Numbered from the stretch's first letter, positions 12,301 through 24,648 are shown. The stretch: 60,221 nt of DNA from Lenisia limosa (GCA_001655205.1 LPNZ01011044.1:1-60221); one strand, 5' to 3'. Numbers and translations: made by a program. Notes: generated from the sequence alone by a model not told the origin.

Positions 12301-14265
12301 TTCATTTGTTCGATCATTGAGCCGCTGCAGAATGAGACTTGCCAATTTAGGAAGACAGCATAGCCCCTATCCCCAGAATACCTGTCTTTCACAATTGACC
12401 GCATTACTGAGACGGGTGACGGCTTTGCTTACTGCTTGAGTAGTACTGTTCGTTGCTAGTACCAACGAAGCAGGAAGAAGTTCACCTATGCCTGTAAGAT
12501 TCGTTCCGAGTTATGTGTAAAGTCATCCTTTCAAAGCGGGATCAGGACTGTTCGAATGTGTAACACCTAGCGTGATACGTTGCACTTAGTCATTCTTGAA
12601 TCAGCCTCACCTTCACTCCCGATTAGTCTGCCAGCTGATACGACTACTTCTTTACCAGCCTCAACCAGATCTCGGATCCTTTCCAGGACCTCAGGTGTTT
12701 GGCCTTGTCTAAAATGGTCAAAAGCGAAGTTTTCAATTAAATGTTAAAGAACCCTGAAGCAGACTTGTTTCCCTGGTCCACGCTGATGTGAGCGTCCATC
12801 TCGTAACGGTCCCCAGAATTCTCTGAAGCACGTCTTGACACCTGTACTTCTCCAGGAGACGCAGGGACTGGAAGAAGGCCTGCGAAAAATAATTAACCCG
12901 GTAATAAAGTATACAAACCTTGTGGTGGGGTTGGTCGCGGGTGTATAATGCTTGGTCCAAGGAGTGTCATGATGCTACTGAATTCCTAAAGCATTATCAA
13001 ACGCCTTGCAAAAAAATAAAAGAAGCACAAAGCTCTTGGACACTCATGTTACAAAAACCCAAAACCAGCACAAAAAAAAAACAATTCCTAACTTGCGGAT
13101 AGGTGTCTGCGAGAGGAGAGCTGCATGACTCGGGCGCAGTGTTAGTTGAGAGGGCCGGGGCAGCTGCTAACTCAACATCCATTCCTGAAAGTAACAACAC
13201 AGCTTAGGACATTTTACCTTCAGGGCAACTGTCTTCCACAGCTTCATGAATACGATGGATGAGTCGCTGAAAAAATTAGCACGAAAACAGAACGTTCGTA
13301 TGTGCAACGTTGAAAATTGAAATGGGCGACTTATTAAGAGAAAGCACAATTCATTTTGGCACCCACCTTAGCCGCTTCAGCAACATCGGGCTCTTGGATT
13401 TCTGCGACGGCTGTATGCAAGTCATGGACAGTGTGAACGAGAAAATCGGTAATTTGATCATCTAGGAAAGTGAGGCCTGGGGATGTGCACATTTCAATTA
13501 GCCCCTTCAGACTTCTCATTTTCGCGAAAGCTTGAATAGCCTCCGCCCAAATCATAACTTCCGTCACAACGTCATTGGCCAACTCCACAACCCCGGGGGC
13601 ATTCACTAAAGAGTCAAAGCAGGATTCAAGCCCTCTCTCATAATAACCCCTCAAACAGTCTGACTCTATAAGGTTTGTGACCGTGGTGCCAACAGCTTGC
13701 ATTGCACTCAAAACAGCCTGCTCAGCAACAAAGAACATTTCATCGAAAGCTGAAGGAAACGGGAGGTCCGAAGGGCCTCCTGTCACTACCTGAAGTGTGG
13801 GAAGCGCCCTCATACAAATAGACAGTTATCAAGCAAACCTGAGTTGCCACAGTCACAGCGGCAAGTGTAGCTCTGCCTTCTCTGCCAAGACCAATTCCAG
13901 CCGACTGGTCTCCTTCCAACGACGAATTCGCCAGGACTGGGAGGGAAACTGCGGTGGAACTTGCGGCATCAATTCCAGGGGCTGTACCGTTCACAATGGC
14001 CTGGGGAAATTAGAAGTCTGATGGTCCCAAATCAAAAACAAAGATGACATTTAAGGAGAGAATAATGCCAGAAGAGGCTTACAAGGTGATCACCCTGAGC
14101 TAAAACGGACAAAGAATCGCAGAATCCTGAAATATTTGCCGAAGCTAGTCGTATGACAGGAGATAGATTTGCACCAGCTGCATTAGATGCGATGATAGAC
14201 TCAACCGATGTACAGGCTGATGTGGCAGAAACACCGACGCCCTCTACAAGCGAATCCAGCACCAT
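6397..14265 (-). CDS. Large Ras-family guanine nucleotide exchange factor: N-terminal helical region + REM + RA-like inserts + CDC25 domain
   Basis: CDC25 motifs: RRLTSIDLAFFLAINPDEFLDQ, LGNYSSLMAIYCGLNDAGVLRLK, VPYLGVVLADLTFIDEGNP, C-terminal LYQLALKREPR (TAG 6397-6399). REM: DDVNLWS..AACSLNALI, MEKLIQRFHIP, IRANVFELLKHWL. A canonical intron joins ..EAEGSVF-G (10698) to GTHVALSL (about 10638), linking the upstream helical exons that start at ATG 14265. Three N gaps fall inside the gene. Confidence 0.8.
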
Positions 14266-14597
14266 GAGTGTGCTCGGATAGCGATATTATGGTTCTGCAA
14301 AGCACTTTATCCGATGTTCAAAGCAAAAAGCGACATTCCATTATTCCTGAAAAAAACTCTTCTATATAATCTCAATAATATGATACTGAATCTTGTCTAA
14401 TTACTTTTTACCAGGAAATATACGAAAAAAATGAGCGTTTCTCGTTTCTCGATTAAAGTCGTAAAAATACCCGATATATTTCGATGATTGAAAAACTGTT
14501 GATAAAAATCCAAAAACACATATAGTGCGGTGATAGTGAGATATTGAGTAAAAGCGAGTAAAAATATTGACAAAAAAATAAAACGTGGTCAAGGAAG

Positions 14598-16831
14598 ATG
14601 GTTGATGCACAGGAGCTCTTTGATAAGGCCTCATCTATCGAATCTGTAAATAAAGAGGATGCCATTGAACGTTATATTGAAATAGTCAATTCTGTGAAAG
14701 GTATTTTGGGGGGGAATGCTCGATTGTTGTCCACCAAATGAGTTCATCAATTAAAAACACTTTAAATCAGCTTATTAAGTTTTTTTCTCATTCTTTAGAA
14801 AAATCAAGTGAAGTGACCAAAGTGAAGGAGAAATCTATCTACCGAATCGCTGAACTTAATGCTTCTTTGGGGTGGGTACATTTAAATGGAAGAACATCAA
14901 TAATAGTCCTCTTTCAGGAACAGAGATGCAGTTGCTTCTGTTGCTGTTGATTATCGCCCCTTCTTCCTCACTCTTCCCAAGGCTAGAGCTGCTAAGATAG
15001 GTAGGAATTTAATTGACCATCTAATGTTCAGTTCGCTCTCTTGTTGACATCATTGGGACAATCCCTGATAGCCTTGATGTTCAAATCAAACAGGCGCGTT
15101 CTGCGATTGAATGGGCAAAGGAGCAAGATAGGTTATTCTTAAGATTGAGACTTGAAACAAAACTTTGTTCCCTGTAAGTGGATGTTTCACATCTAATTGT
15201 GGCCCTTTTCTTTATTCACTGATTAAAACCATAGGCTGTACACTGCTTGTGAGTACACCCAGGCCCTTCAGATTCTTGAAAAACTGTCTTTTGAAGTTAG
15301 AAAAATGGTAAGGGCCTTAAAATAAGTGTTTGGAAAAAAAAAAATATTCAGAAGCTTGGCTTAAAATCCACTTTAGGCAGTATTCTCTCTATATATTTAG
15401 CATTTAATTCACCTTAGGATGATAAGCCTCAACTTGTTGAAATTCATCTCCTCGAATCAAAGGTTCACCATTCTGTGAAAAACCTCTCAAAGGCTAAGGT
15501 ATCATATCAAAATATGTTTTTTTTGACAGTGCAGTCCTCTCTGAACGCCGCTCGCACTGCGGCCAACACAATCTATTGCCCTCCTCTTCAGGTTCGATGG
15601 AGTATCGGGGTCGCTGAATAATATTTGCCAAATATTGTTTGCTAACATTTAATGGCCGTCTGCTAACATTTAATGGCCGGAGTTTTTCATTACCCTATTT
15701 GATTGTATCTTATTTCAATTTAGCAAGCCAAGATTGACCTTATGGCTGGAACAATCTACGCAGATGATGATAAGGATTTTGCGGTGAGTATCATATTTGA
15801 AGCTATTTTTTTGACTTGATTTAGACTGCTTATTCATATTTTGTTGAAAGTTATGAGGGCTATCAACAATCCAAGGTTTACGATTTAGCTGCTTTAAGTT
15901 TAGCTGTAAGTGGGAACTATATTGACAGGACACTTTTTTTTCATCAAGGACACAGAAAGGCCTTCCTTACCCTTTATCCTTTTTACAATTCCCTATGACA
16001 CAGGGATTAACCCAATTTTAGCGTATTTGCATGTCACGAGTAATGCTTGATGAAGCAGGAGATATCGATTCACTTGTAACATCCAAAATGTCAGCGCAGT
16101 GGGACGAGGAAATGAGGAAACCAATTGAGGCAATCCAAGAAGTCGCTAAAGCTATCCTTGTAGGTCAATCCTCCAAATCGGTTAACCGTTTAGAATAAAT
16201 CAGTGGAGGAGTTCAATTCTGTCTTATCAGGTCCTCATGGAGATGCTTTGAAAAAGGACCCTGTTTCACACGCTCACATCGCATCACTTTATCAAAGCGT
16301 TTTGTCAAAGGTATGTAGTTTTGTTCTTGCAACACATAGCTGTGTACAAGGGTTATAGTACAATAATATGTGTGATGATTTGGATAACTTCGGCCAGAAA
16401 CCCACTTTTTTGTTTCTCATTTCTACATATTACAAGTTAGCATTTGCTATATGATCATTACCAGTACTAATTTTTTTAGAATGTGATGGTTGTTCTTCAG
16501 CCCTATTCCCTTGTAGACATCCCGTACATTGCTTCTCGACTCAAGCTTTCAAAGCAAGCAGTTGAAGCCAAGTAGGACTCCTGCACCATTTCATTGATCT
16601 TCAGATTAGCACAGATGATTCTTGACGAGGAGCTTGATGGTGTGATGGATCATGCAACAGGATGTTTGATCATTCACTCAAGCCAAGACCGAGCGGTAAG
16701 AGTTTGTACCAAAATGACATGTCCTTTAGGTATTGGCTGCCAAAGCAAAGGAGGTGTTGAGTGAAACAACAGACGTCATTCAATCACTACAGGACAGAGC
16801 AATTGCCCTCAATACGGTTTCATTTTCATAG
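14598..16831 (+). CDS. PSMD11: 26S proteasome lid subunit Rpn6 (PCI domain)
   Basis: [133 protein letters not shown]. Stop TAG 16829-16831; the extreme 3' end is slightly uncertain because a gap follows. Confidence 0.93.
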
Positions 16832-17261
16832 TGACAATGTCTTGGTTTTTTTTTTTTTTTTTTTTTTNNNNNNNNNNNNNNNNNNNNNNNNNNNNNNNNN
16901 NNNNNNNNNNNNNNNNNNNNNNNTTGCATGTGTTTCTCTTTGTATTCTCAGATATTCTGGACACATTCTCTGGTATTCTCGTATTCTCTGAAGCTAGGGG
17001 ACCTGTTGAAATGGTGGGATGTTAGAAAGTGAAGAGTCGAGTGGCCACATAGCCATGAGCATCAAATAATATATCAAATATTTGCGACCGCTGCGGCGGC
17101 GGGGTTTTAAAAATTGTGAAACTTGCTTTTTTGACTATAGATTGACCTTAGAAATCAGTGTTGATTGATTATTTTTATTGGTGGACGGTGCGACAGTTTA
17201 GGACCAACAAGTTTTGTTGGTCAAGAAAAAGAACTGTGCGGGTGTACTCAATACCTAAAAG

Positions 17262-20200
17262 ATGAAGTAAGACCTTCTCTTGCCTAAACAACTCACTATT
17301 AGGATTACTGTTAATTGTGACAGAGCAGAGAGTGCTACTCTTCTTGTCTCTATCCAGCCCTATTATAAAAGAATCTATATCTGGCCTTTCATTATCCTTT
17401 ACGTTGCTGTACTGTGAGTTCCCTTCTCAATTTTGATAATATTTTAGAGCGGTTACATTGAGCACAAGTTTCTTTGATGATTTACTTGTTGCCCCAGACC
17501 TCGAGGAGACAAGTGTTTGTGAGGGTTTCTATGACATCACTGATATATTTGTTTGACTTTTCAGCGTTACATCAATGTTGAGCGTGAATATGACCCCGAG
17601 GATGAATACGATCTACCACCCCCCGAAATGACACATCCTGCGTTGGCAATGCTTGGATTTATTGCAATTATGCAGGTAAGATTCCTCGATTTATTGTCCT
17701 TCCCTTATGCTCATGTATCAGGGACTTGTGTATGTGAGTGCGTTCTGGACCGCCAACATTGAAGCGAAGCTCTCCTGGAGGCCAGCTCGAAACCTGAAGG
17801 AGGCTGAGGCCTGCCTTGTGAACACGAAGCCTCATTGCGGCAAGCCTGTGATCTGCCCCATCAAACGCAATTCGGCTGGTACTCTCGTCATTGAATTTCA
17901 AAACCAAGTAAGTGAGATAGTAACGGAAGTGATTGAGTGGAAGGGAATGATAAATGTGGGTTTGTCTTTCAATGAAAATGATGACACTTCAGACGTTCCG
18001 CTGGCTGCCCAGTTCAATGGATGGGAGCGAGAACCCCTCAAGTGACCCGGTGGTATGGTTGACACTTTATGTTCCCTAATTCTTTCAGTGTGGCTTTGGC
18101 AAAGAGCACGGCGGATTCCATGCCTACAAATTCCATTCAAGTCGCATCATTTCAGAATATGCTGATGGTCTGCTTACCCTGTTTTTGTTCGAATTCCTTG
18201 TCTTTCCCCACTCCTCTCATAAATTTAAGGAGGTCTTACCACAAGCGATGCTGCTGACACTCTTAAACAGTTGGTTCTACTTCCCCAATCGTTTTTAAAG
18301 GTGGATAACTGATTGTTTTTTTAGATACGGGCCAAATGAGGTTAAAGTTCCTCTTCCCAAACTCAAGGACCTTTTGGTTGCACAATTCGTTGCCCCGTTC
18401 TTCCTCTTCCAGGTATTTCTTCTTTCACGTTGAGTAAGTTTATTATTTCTAGGTCTTCTGCATTCTGCTGTGGTCATTGGAGGACTATCTCGTGTATTCG
18501 TTTTCTTCATTGTTGATGTTGGTCTTTTTTGAGTTCACAGTGGCAAAAACGGTGAGAGAGGGGGGGGGGGGGCTGAAAGGNNNNNNNNNNNNNNNNNNNN
18601 NNNNNNNNNNNNNNNNNNNNNNNNNNNNNNNNNCTCTCAGCGCCAGAAGACAGCTTCAACCCTTCGCACTATGGCATCTGCACCTCCTTCAATCCGATGC
18701 AAGCGCAATGGTTAGATCAGCCTGTTTTGTACTGTTGTTTTCTTTATGCTGTCGAAGAGTTGCCCATGTTTTCTTTATGATATCGAAGAATTGCCCATGT
18801 TTACTGAACCTTCCAGGCACATGGCAGTCGGTTGCAGCGAATGAGCTTGTTCCAGGCGATGTGGTGTCTGTTGATGTGACTGAGAACACCCTTCCTGCCG
18901 ATCTTCTCGTAAGAACACGTCTATTTTTTGTTATGAGTATCTTGTGCGTAGTAACGTAGAGATGAGGGTATTTATAGCTTAGCTTCTCTCCGGTGAATGT
19001 ATTGTCAATGAGGCCATGCTAACGGGTGAAACCGCTCCCCAACGCAAGGTTTGCACCATGAATTTCTCCTGCTATTAAAACATCTTAAATATTTCGAATT
19101 ATTGTTTTTTTTAATCAATATAGACATGTGCTCCTCCTTCTATCCAAGACTCTCGCCTCGACGTTGAAAAGCACAAGGACCACGTCCTATTTGGAGGTAC
19201 CACTGTTGTACAAGCCAAACAAGGAAAAAAGAAAAGTTTGTCATTCTCCTCAAAACCATTTGACAATATTAGACTCTGAAAATACCGTGCCAGCCATGGT
19301 CATCAGAACCGGGTTCGACACAAGCCAAGGCCAGCTGATGCGTATTATTATGTTCAGGTGGGTTATCGAGAAGTTTTTAGTTGCTGGATCTTCACCTACA
19401 TGGATTATTTCAATGCATGGTGTGGACACCTTGAGATAATTCACCTTCTTCTGTTATTTCTTCATAGTATAACAAATAATACGAATACGAAATATCTTAT
19501 TCAATGTGTACGGAAAGCAGGTGTCCCAACACAACATGACGATTATAGTGCTGACCGCATCTCGATCAATGACAAAGAAACTGGCTATTTTATCCTGTTC
19601 CTTCTTTCCCTTGCGTCTCTCGCTGCCTACTATGTCTATAAACGAGGTAAGTTATCATTACATTAAAATCAATGTATTTCTCCACCCTACTCATTCTCGT
19701 ATTAACAAATAGGAATTGAAAGAGCGCTCTCTCCCTATAAGCTCATTTTGGAAGTCTGTTTCATTCTCACTTCTGTGGTACCCCCCGAACTTCCAATGGT
19801 TGGCAATTTGTCGGGGTCGCTATATTTTTGATTNNNNNNNNNNNNNNNNNNNNNNNNNNNNNNNNNNNNNNNNNNNNNAGAGAAACAGATTCACTCTTGT
19901 ACACGTCAGGGTTCACAGTATTTAGGAGTTAACTATTGCGGTGAATGCTAGTCTTGGTGCTCTCAGGAAAATGGGTACGAAATTCTCTTTCCTTGCCTAA
20001 TTATTTTAGCGCTATTTTGTACTGAGCCGTTCCGTATTCCTCTTGCAGGAAAAATTGAAATTTGCTGCTTCGATAAAACCCTCACGGTACGTTGTTGTCT
20101 CAGGAGCTCAAAACCTAGTTGACTTCTGACGAAATGGTTGTTCGAGGAGTGTCTGGGTAGGCGTTTTAGCACTTTTATGTTCGTTCTAACTCTTTAGACT

Positions 20201-23200
20201 GAGCGGAAATGACATCACAGCGACAACAGACCTTCCCATCCACATTACCCGCACAATGGCAGCCTGTCAATCTCTGGTATGACAAGCGTTTGATGACTGA
20301 CACCGTAGGTGTTGATTGGAAACAAAATTGAAGGCGAGCCAATGGACAAAGCGTCTATGAAGGCTGTGAAGTGGAGCATCGGTATTGACAAAGTCGCTGG
20401 ATCCGGGGAAACCATGGTCATCAAGGAACGGTACTTCATCACTTCCCCTCTATGTTGGTCTCATGATTTAGGTTCCTTTTCCACCCTGAAACTCGCAGAA
20501 CCACAGTGGTTGCTGAGCGGATTGCGCCTGGATGTATGATGGGGGCGGCTTTCTTACTCCTATTACTGTACTAGACCGTTAAACACCATTATCTGCTTCG
20601 CTTTCTATCTCATCACTAGGTTCTGGGAAGTACTTCACTCTGACGAAGGGTGCTCCTGAAGCGGTGAAACCCCTGCTTACCAAGGTTTCTGGAGTGACAT
20701 TCTGTCTCCGCCCCGAAGTTCATTTTCTCACTGTGGAACAGGTTCCCGAAGACTACGACGCTATTTCACGCTATCATTCCGCTCGCGGGTCTCGCGTCAT
20801 TACAATGGCTCAGGTTGAGTTCCCTTCTTCTGAGTTCTCGGTTTGTGGGGCTCTCTTGAACAGGTTAATTAATGGGGCTCTCTGGGGGTGTTGGTTTTTA
20901 GTAATAGTGATTGTTTCAATAAACCGATGTTTCATTGATGCGACAGTTTCGTCGCAACTCTCAGACCAAAGCCGAAGAAGGACTAGCGTTTGCCGGCTTC
21001 CTCATTCTAGATTGTCCCATCAAGCCTTCTTCTGCCCCTTCTATTGCCACCTTAAGAACAGGAGGACACAAGGTATGGATGTAACTTCCCTTCTTATCCT
21101 CTAGTGTGTCATGATTACTGGTGACAATGCCCTGACAGCCTGCCATGTTGCTCTCGAGGTAGGCTGGATTTCTCCCTCTTTTGTGGCCTTTCTCCATTAA
21201 CAATTCATACCTTCCTTTCCCTTGTATTTCTTGTGAGAGAAAATTCTCACGCTGAAGGTCGGGATGACCGAGAAACCTTTCCTGATTCTTGATACTGACA
21301 ACGATCTCTGGACTACTGTTGATGGAAACAAATCCCTGCCATTCGAACCAAATAAGGTATGCATTCGGTTTCCTCGAGTCTCACTGTCAGCATTCTGTCA
21401 ATTCCATGTGCGAGGACTATGCCCTAGCTGTTTCTGGAGTGGGGCTGGAATGGCTCATTGAAAAAGAGGCGTTGGACGTTCATCTTTTCCACATTGTCGT
21501 TTACGCGAGAACCACCCCTCAGCAAAAGGTAGGGTTTCCATACGGACCAACCCCTTGTTTAGGAAGAAGTGATCACGTCCTTGAGCCGTCAAGGCTACAT
21601 GACATCAATGTGTGGCGATGGAACCAATGACGTTGGCGCCCTCAGACAGGCCCACTGTGGTGGGTGTTCACAATATTGCTTCAACACCCAATTTTCCTGG
21701 ATCATTCAAGCGTTATCTTTTAAGGACTTGCTCTCCTTGGTAGTGCTGACGCGAACACTCCTCAGGCCAAAAGTAAGATTATTTCTCAAAAATTTTGCGA
21801 TTGTATTTAAATACTCTGAAGGTTTGAAGGCGGCACAGGCTAAGTTGAAAGAAAAGAAGACTAAGGCCGATAAAATCGCCCAGGCTGCTGCTCTAATCAA
21901 GGTATATTTTTTTTCAAAAAGGTTTATCTTTTTAGGCACAACAAAATAAGCCAGAACTTACGAAAGAAGAAAAAGTGGCAAAGAAAAAGAAGGAGCTGAA
22001 GGTATATGATTCAATGAACCAAACACATTGCTTTTTTGTATTGATATTTGATTTTAGAAGGTCACGTTAACTCCCTAGGATGCCTGGGCTGAAACCCTGG
22101 AGAAGCTTGCGGAAGCTGAGGATGATGAGAATTCGCTAGTTGCGGTAAGCAGCAGTTGGTCAAACTGACAGAGTAGCTTGGTGATGCGTCCATTGCGGCC
22201 CCCTTCACCTCCAAAGCCTCCAACATCAAGGGAATGGTTTCGCTTGTGCGACAGGTTTGGCCGTGTTTGCGTGATGTAATTTTCAGGGTCGCTGTGCACT
22301 TGTGACAACTCTTCAAATGTACCGAATCCTTGCAATCAACTGTCTTGTATCCGCCTATGCACTTTCTATCCTCTACCTCGAAGGTTGGTTGCTGCAGATA
22401 AGCAGCTGACCAAACAGGTGCCAAGTACAGCGATGTCCAAATGACCCTGATGGGTATCTGCATGGCCGGCTTTTTCTTTATGATCACTCGTGCCCAGCCT
22501 CTGAAAGAGCTCTCCCCACATCGTCCACCTTCTTCAGTTTTCTCAGCTTCAAGTATGCCTCCCTTTGAGTTACTTTGTGCATCCCTTTTGGCAAAACTAA
22601 CAACTTCCAGTGATGCTCTCTATCATTGCCCAATTTTTGGTCCACCTCTACTGTATTTACCTTGCCGTTTTGAATGGACTTGAATATATGGATCCGTAGG
22701 CGGTGCTTATTGTCTTCTTGTTCTTTTTGTTAAGAGATTTTTGTGGATACAACCAAAGCGTTGTTTGATTATTGCGTAGGGAGCGCAAGATTGACTTGGC
22801 AGCTAAATACTCTCCAACACCGTTGAACGCGGTGGTGTTTGTAATGGCTTTTGGAATGCAATTGGCGACATTTGCCATCAATTTCAACGTGAGTCTTCAT
22901 TTTGTACTCTCACTAGGTTTAGGGCCACCCCTGGATGACCGGGCTTTCTGACAACAAACCGCTCAGAAATAGCATGTTCTTTTGCTATGCTGGGCTTATT
23001 GCCATTTGCCTAGGCTCTTTCGACTCCCTCATGACTCTGTTTTCTCTTGACCCATGGCCCGAAAATCTTGGTAGGTTGATTTGACACAATAGTGACTTTC
23101 AAGGACATCAAACTGCCACGATTGTTCTCTTGGACGTAGGAGCTGCCTTCTGTGTGGACCGATTTATCCGATTCCTTATTCCCGTCCAGGTAAGGCTCTA

Positions 23201-23260
23201 TTGCTGCCTTGTTGTGTTAATATTTAGGGTTTGGTGAAAAACAAGTACAAAGGTAACTAA
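17262..23260 (+). CDS. ATP13A1: P5A-type ATPase (Spf1/ATP13A1)
   Basis: [166 protein letters not shown]. Stop TAA 23258-23260. Phosphorylation motif is aberrant (see findings). Confidence 0.95.
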
Positions 23261-23505
23261 GCCTCAAAGGTGGTAATGCATGACTTTTTAGAAAAAACCA
23301 CGGTACATCTCAACATTATATATATCATATCGTATAATACATAATACATGTACATATATTCACCTCCAAGGCTCAATCTAAAAAAACAAGTATCCGAGCA
23401 TACATACTACTAGTCAGGCAGACTCCAGACATTACTAATTCAATCTTGCTGGAGTTCACATTGTGTTGTGACTGAGGTGACTTACTGCTGAGTATCAGAT
23501 TTAAC

Positions 23506-24468
23506 TTAAGCCTCTTTCTTTGCTAGAGTGTCAATAAAGAAAATGTTGTCATACCCTTTTCCATTTCCTCTTGGATTATCTTGTAGAAATCCTCGCGAGC
23601 CGCCTCTCCGGGTTTCTCAAGTTTTCTGTCTTTATCTAGCAGCTTGCCATCAGGATAACGTGAATCAAAGCAGTTCAACAGTTCCTAGGTGGTCAGAGCA
23701 GAATGTGGTAACAGGAAAAAGAGCCCATACCCTTTCCATCAATATTTTAGCAACGTGGAGGAACCACGGAAGAACTTGTCAGCTTGGGTATTAAGCTTGA
23801 CCCAACGACAAGTATTAGCAATCCCATTTGTCAAACTGACAAACCGTAAAAGATTGCGACTATTTGCCAAAATGTCAGGGCATTCTTCAGTGACAAGGCT
23901 ATCCAGCTGTAATAAAAGTTAGAATTTAAGAGATTTGACAATTCAAACCTGGTGCGGGACCAAAGCGGGGCTTCGAGACATTTGGTCCATAATATGACAT
24001 GTACAGTGTTGAATGTGGGAATAGCAAAGGCAATTGTGTCATATGATAAGATACCGACTGCTGTGTTCAGAATGGATCGTAGGCCTTTTCACCGTCTGAA
24101 GAAATGATGGGATAAGATGAAGAAATTGTAGAACGCACTAAGTCATTTGGAAAATACCATATTTCACAATACCTGAAATGAAGAGAGAGATAGAAGCAGG
24201 TTGTAAGGATGCAACCTCCATATATTTGAAAAGGACTTCGTCTGGTTTGTTGGAATCCAGTTCCTGCTTAAACTATGTTAGAAAAAAAGAGAGAAGGTAA
24301 ATATGGGAAAACTACAAACCTTAAAGAGACTCAAAACATCAGTTGGGGGGACACTGGGAATTCCAAAGCTTATCCTCTTGATATTGCTTGAAAGCACGGA
24401 AGTTGCGGCAACAAGGTTACAAGGTTTTCAACATATCCAGAATTCACATCCACAATGATCTGATACAT
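23506..24468 (-). CDS. Hypothetical protein with hydrophobic segments (multi-exon; 5' end uncertain)
   Basis: Several canonical minus-strand GT..AG introns join an open frame ..GIVKYGLRSILNTAVGILSYDTIAFAIPTFNTVHVILWTKCLEAPLWSRTSWIALSLKNALTFWQIVAIFYVLPWFLHVAKILMERELLNCFDSRYPDGKLL..EEMEKAKKEA* (TAA 23506-23508). No family recognised. Confidence 0.5.
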
Positions 24469-24632
24469 TTAATGACACAGAAAAAGGATAAGACAATAAA
24501 ATGTACATATATACATATCATATGTAGTATATGGGATATACAATTTGATATATTTTGATATGTACAAAAAAACATACATAAGGAAAAATTCTCTGACCAA
24601 TAAATTCCGACAGTAACGTGTAATTCCGAATA

Positions 24633-24648
24633 ATTGCGTTAACGCAAT
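24633..24648. promoter_or_regulatory. Perfect 16-bp palindrome ATTGCGTTAACGCAAT in a divergent intergenic region
   Basis: Self-complementary sequence read directly. It lies between the hypothetical gene (-) and the CEBPZ start (+). A regulatory role is only inferred. Confidence 0.4.

Noticed and set aside
12490-12610. Apparent GA-AG or AT-AC intron in the RasGEF N-terminal region
   Set aside because: Canonical GT-AG solutions (donor gtgagg or gtgtta to acceptor ttacag) keep the frame open, and the 5' end does not match the U12 RTATCCTT consensus.
10684-14265. A separate gene upstream of the RasGEF
   Set aside because: A canonical phase-1 intron joins ..EGSVF-G to GTHVALSL in frame, and no stop or new start is needed.
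16925-17025. ORF ILDTFSGILVFSE resembling a second PCI C-terminal segment after Rpn6
   Set aside because: The sequence is low-complexity (repeated ATTCTC) next to a gap, and Rpn6 already has its own complete C-terminal helix. It is probably 3'UTR.
18184-18198. GTTCGAATTCC T-loop-like motif (tRNA?)
   Set aside because: No acceptor stem, D-arm or anticodon arm in the flanks. Similar motifs at 2031 and 19311 are coding.
24060-24200. In-frame TGA codons suggesting UGA=Trp/Sec in the orphan gene
   Set aside because: Alternative canonical acceptors (e.g. ..gtgaaaag|GC CTA CGA) remove the stops, and conserved Trp codons elsewhere are TGG.
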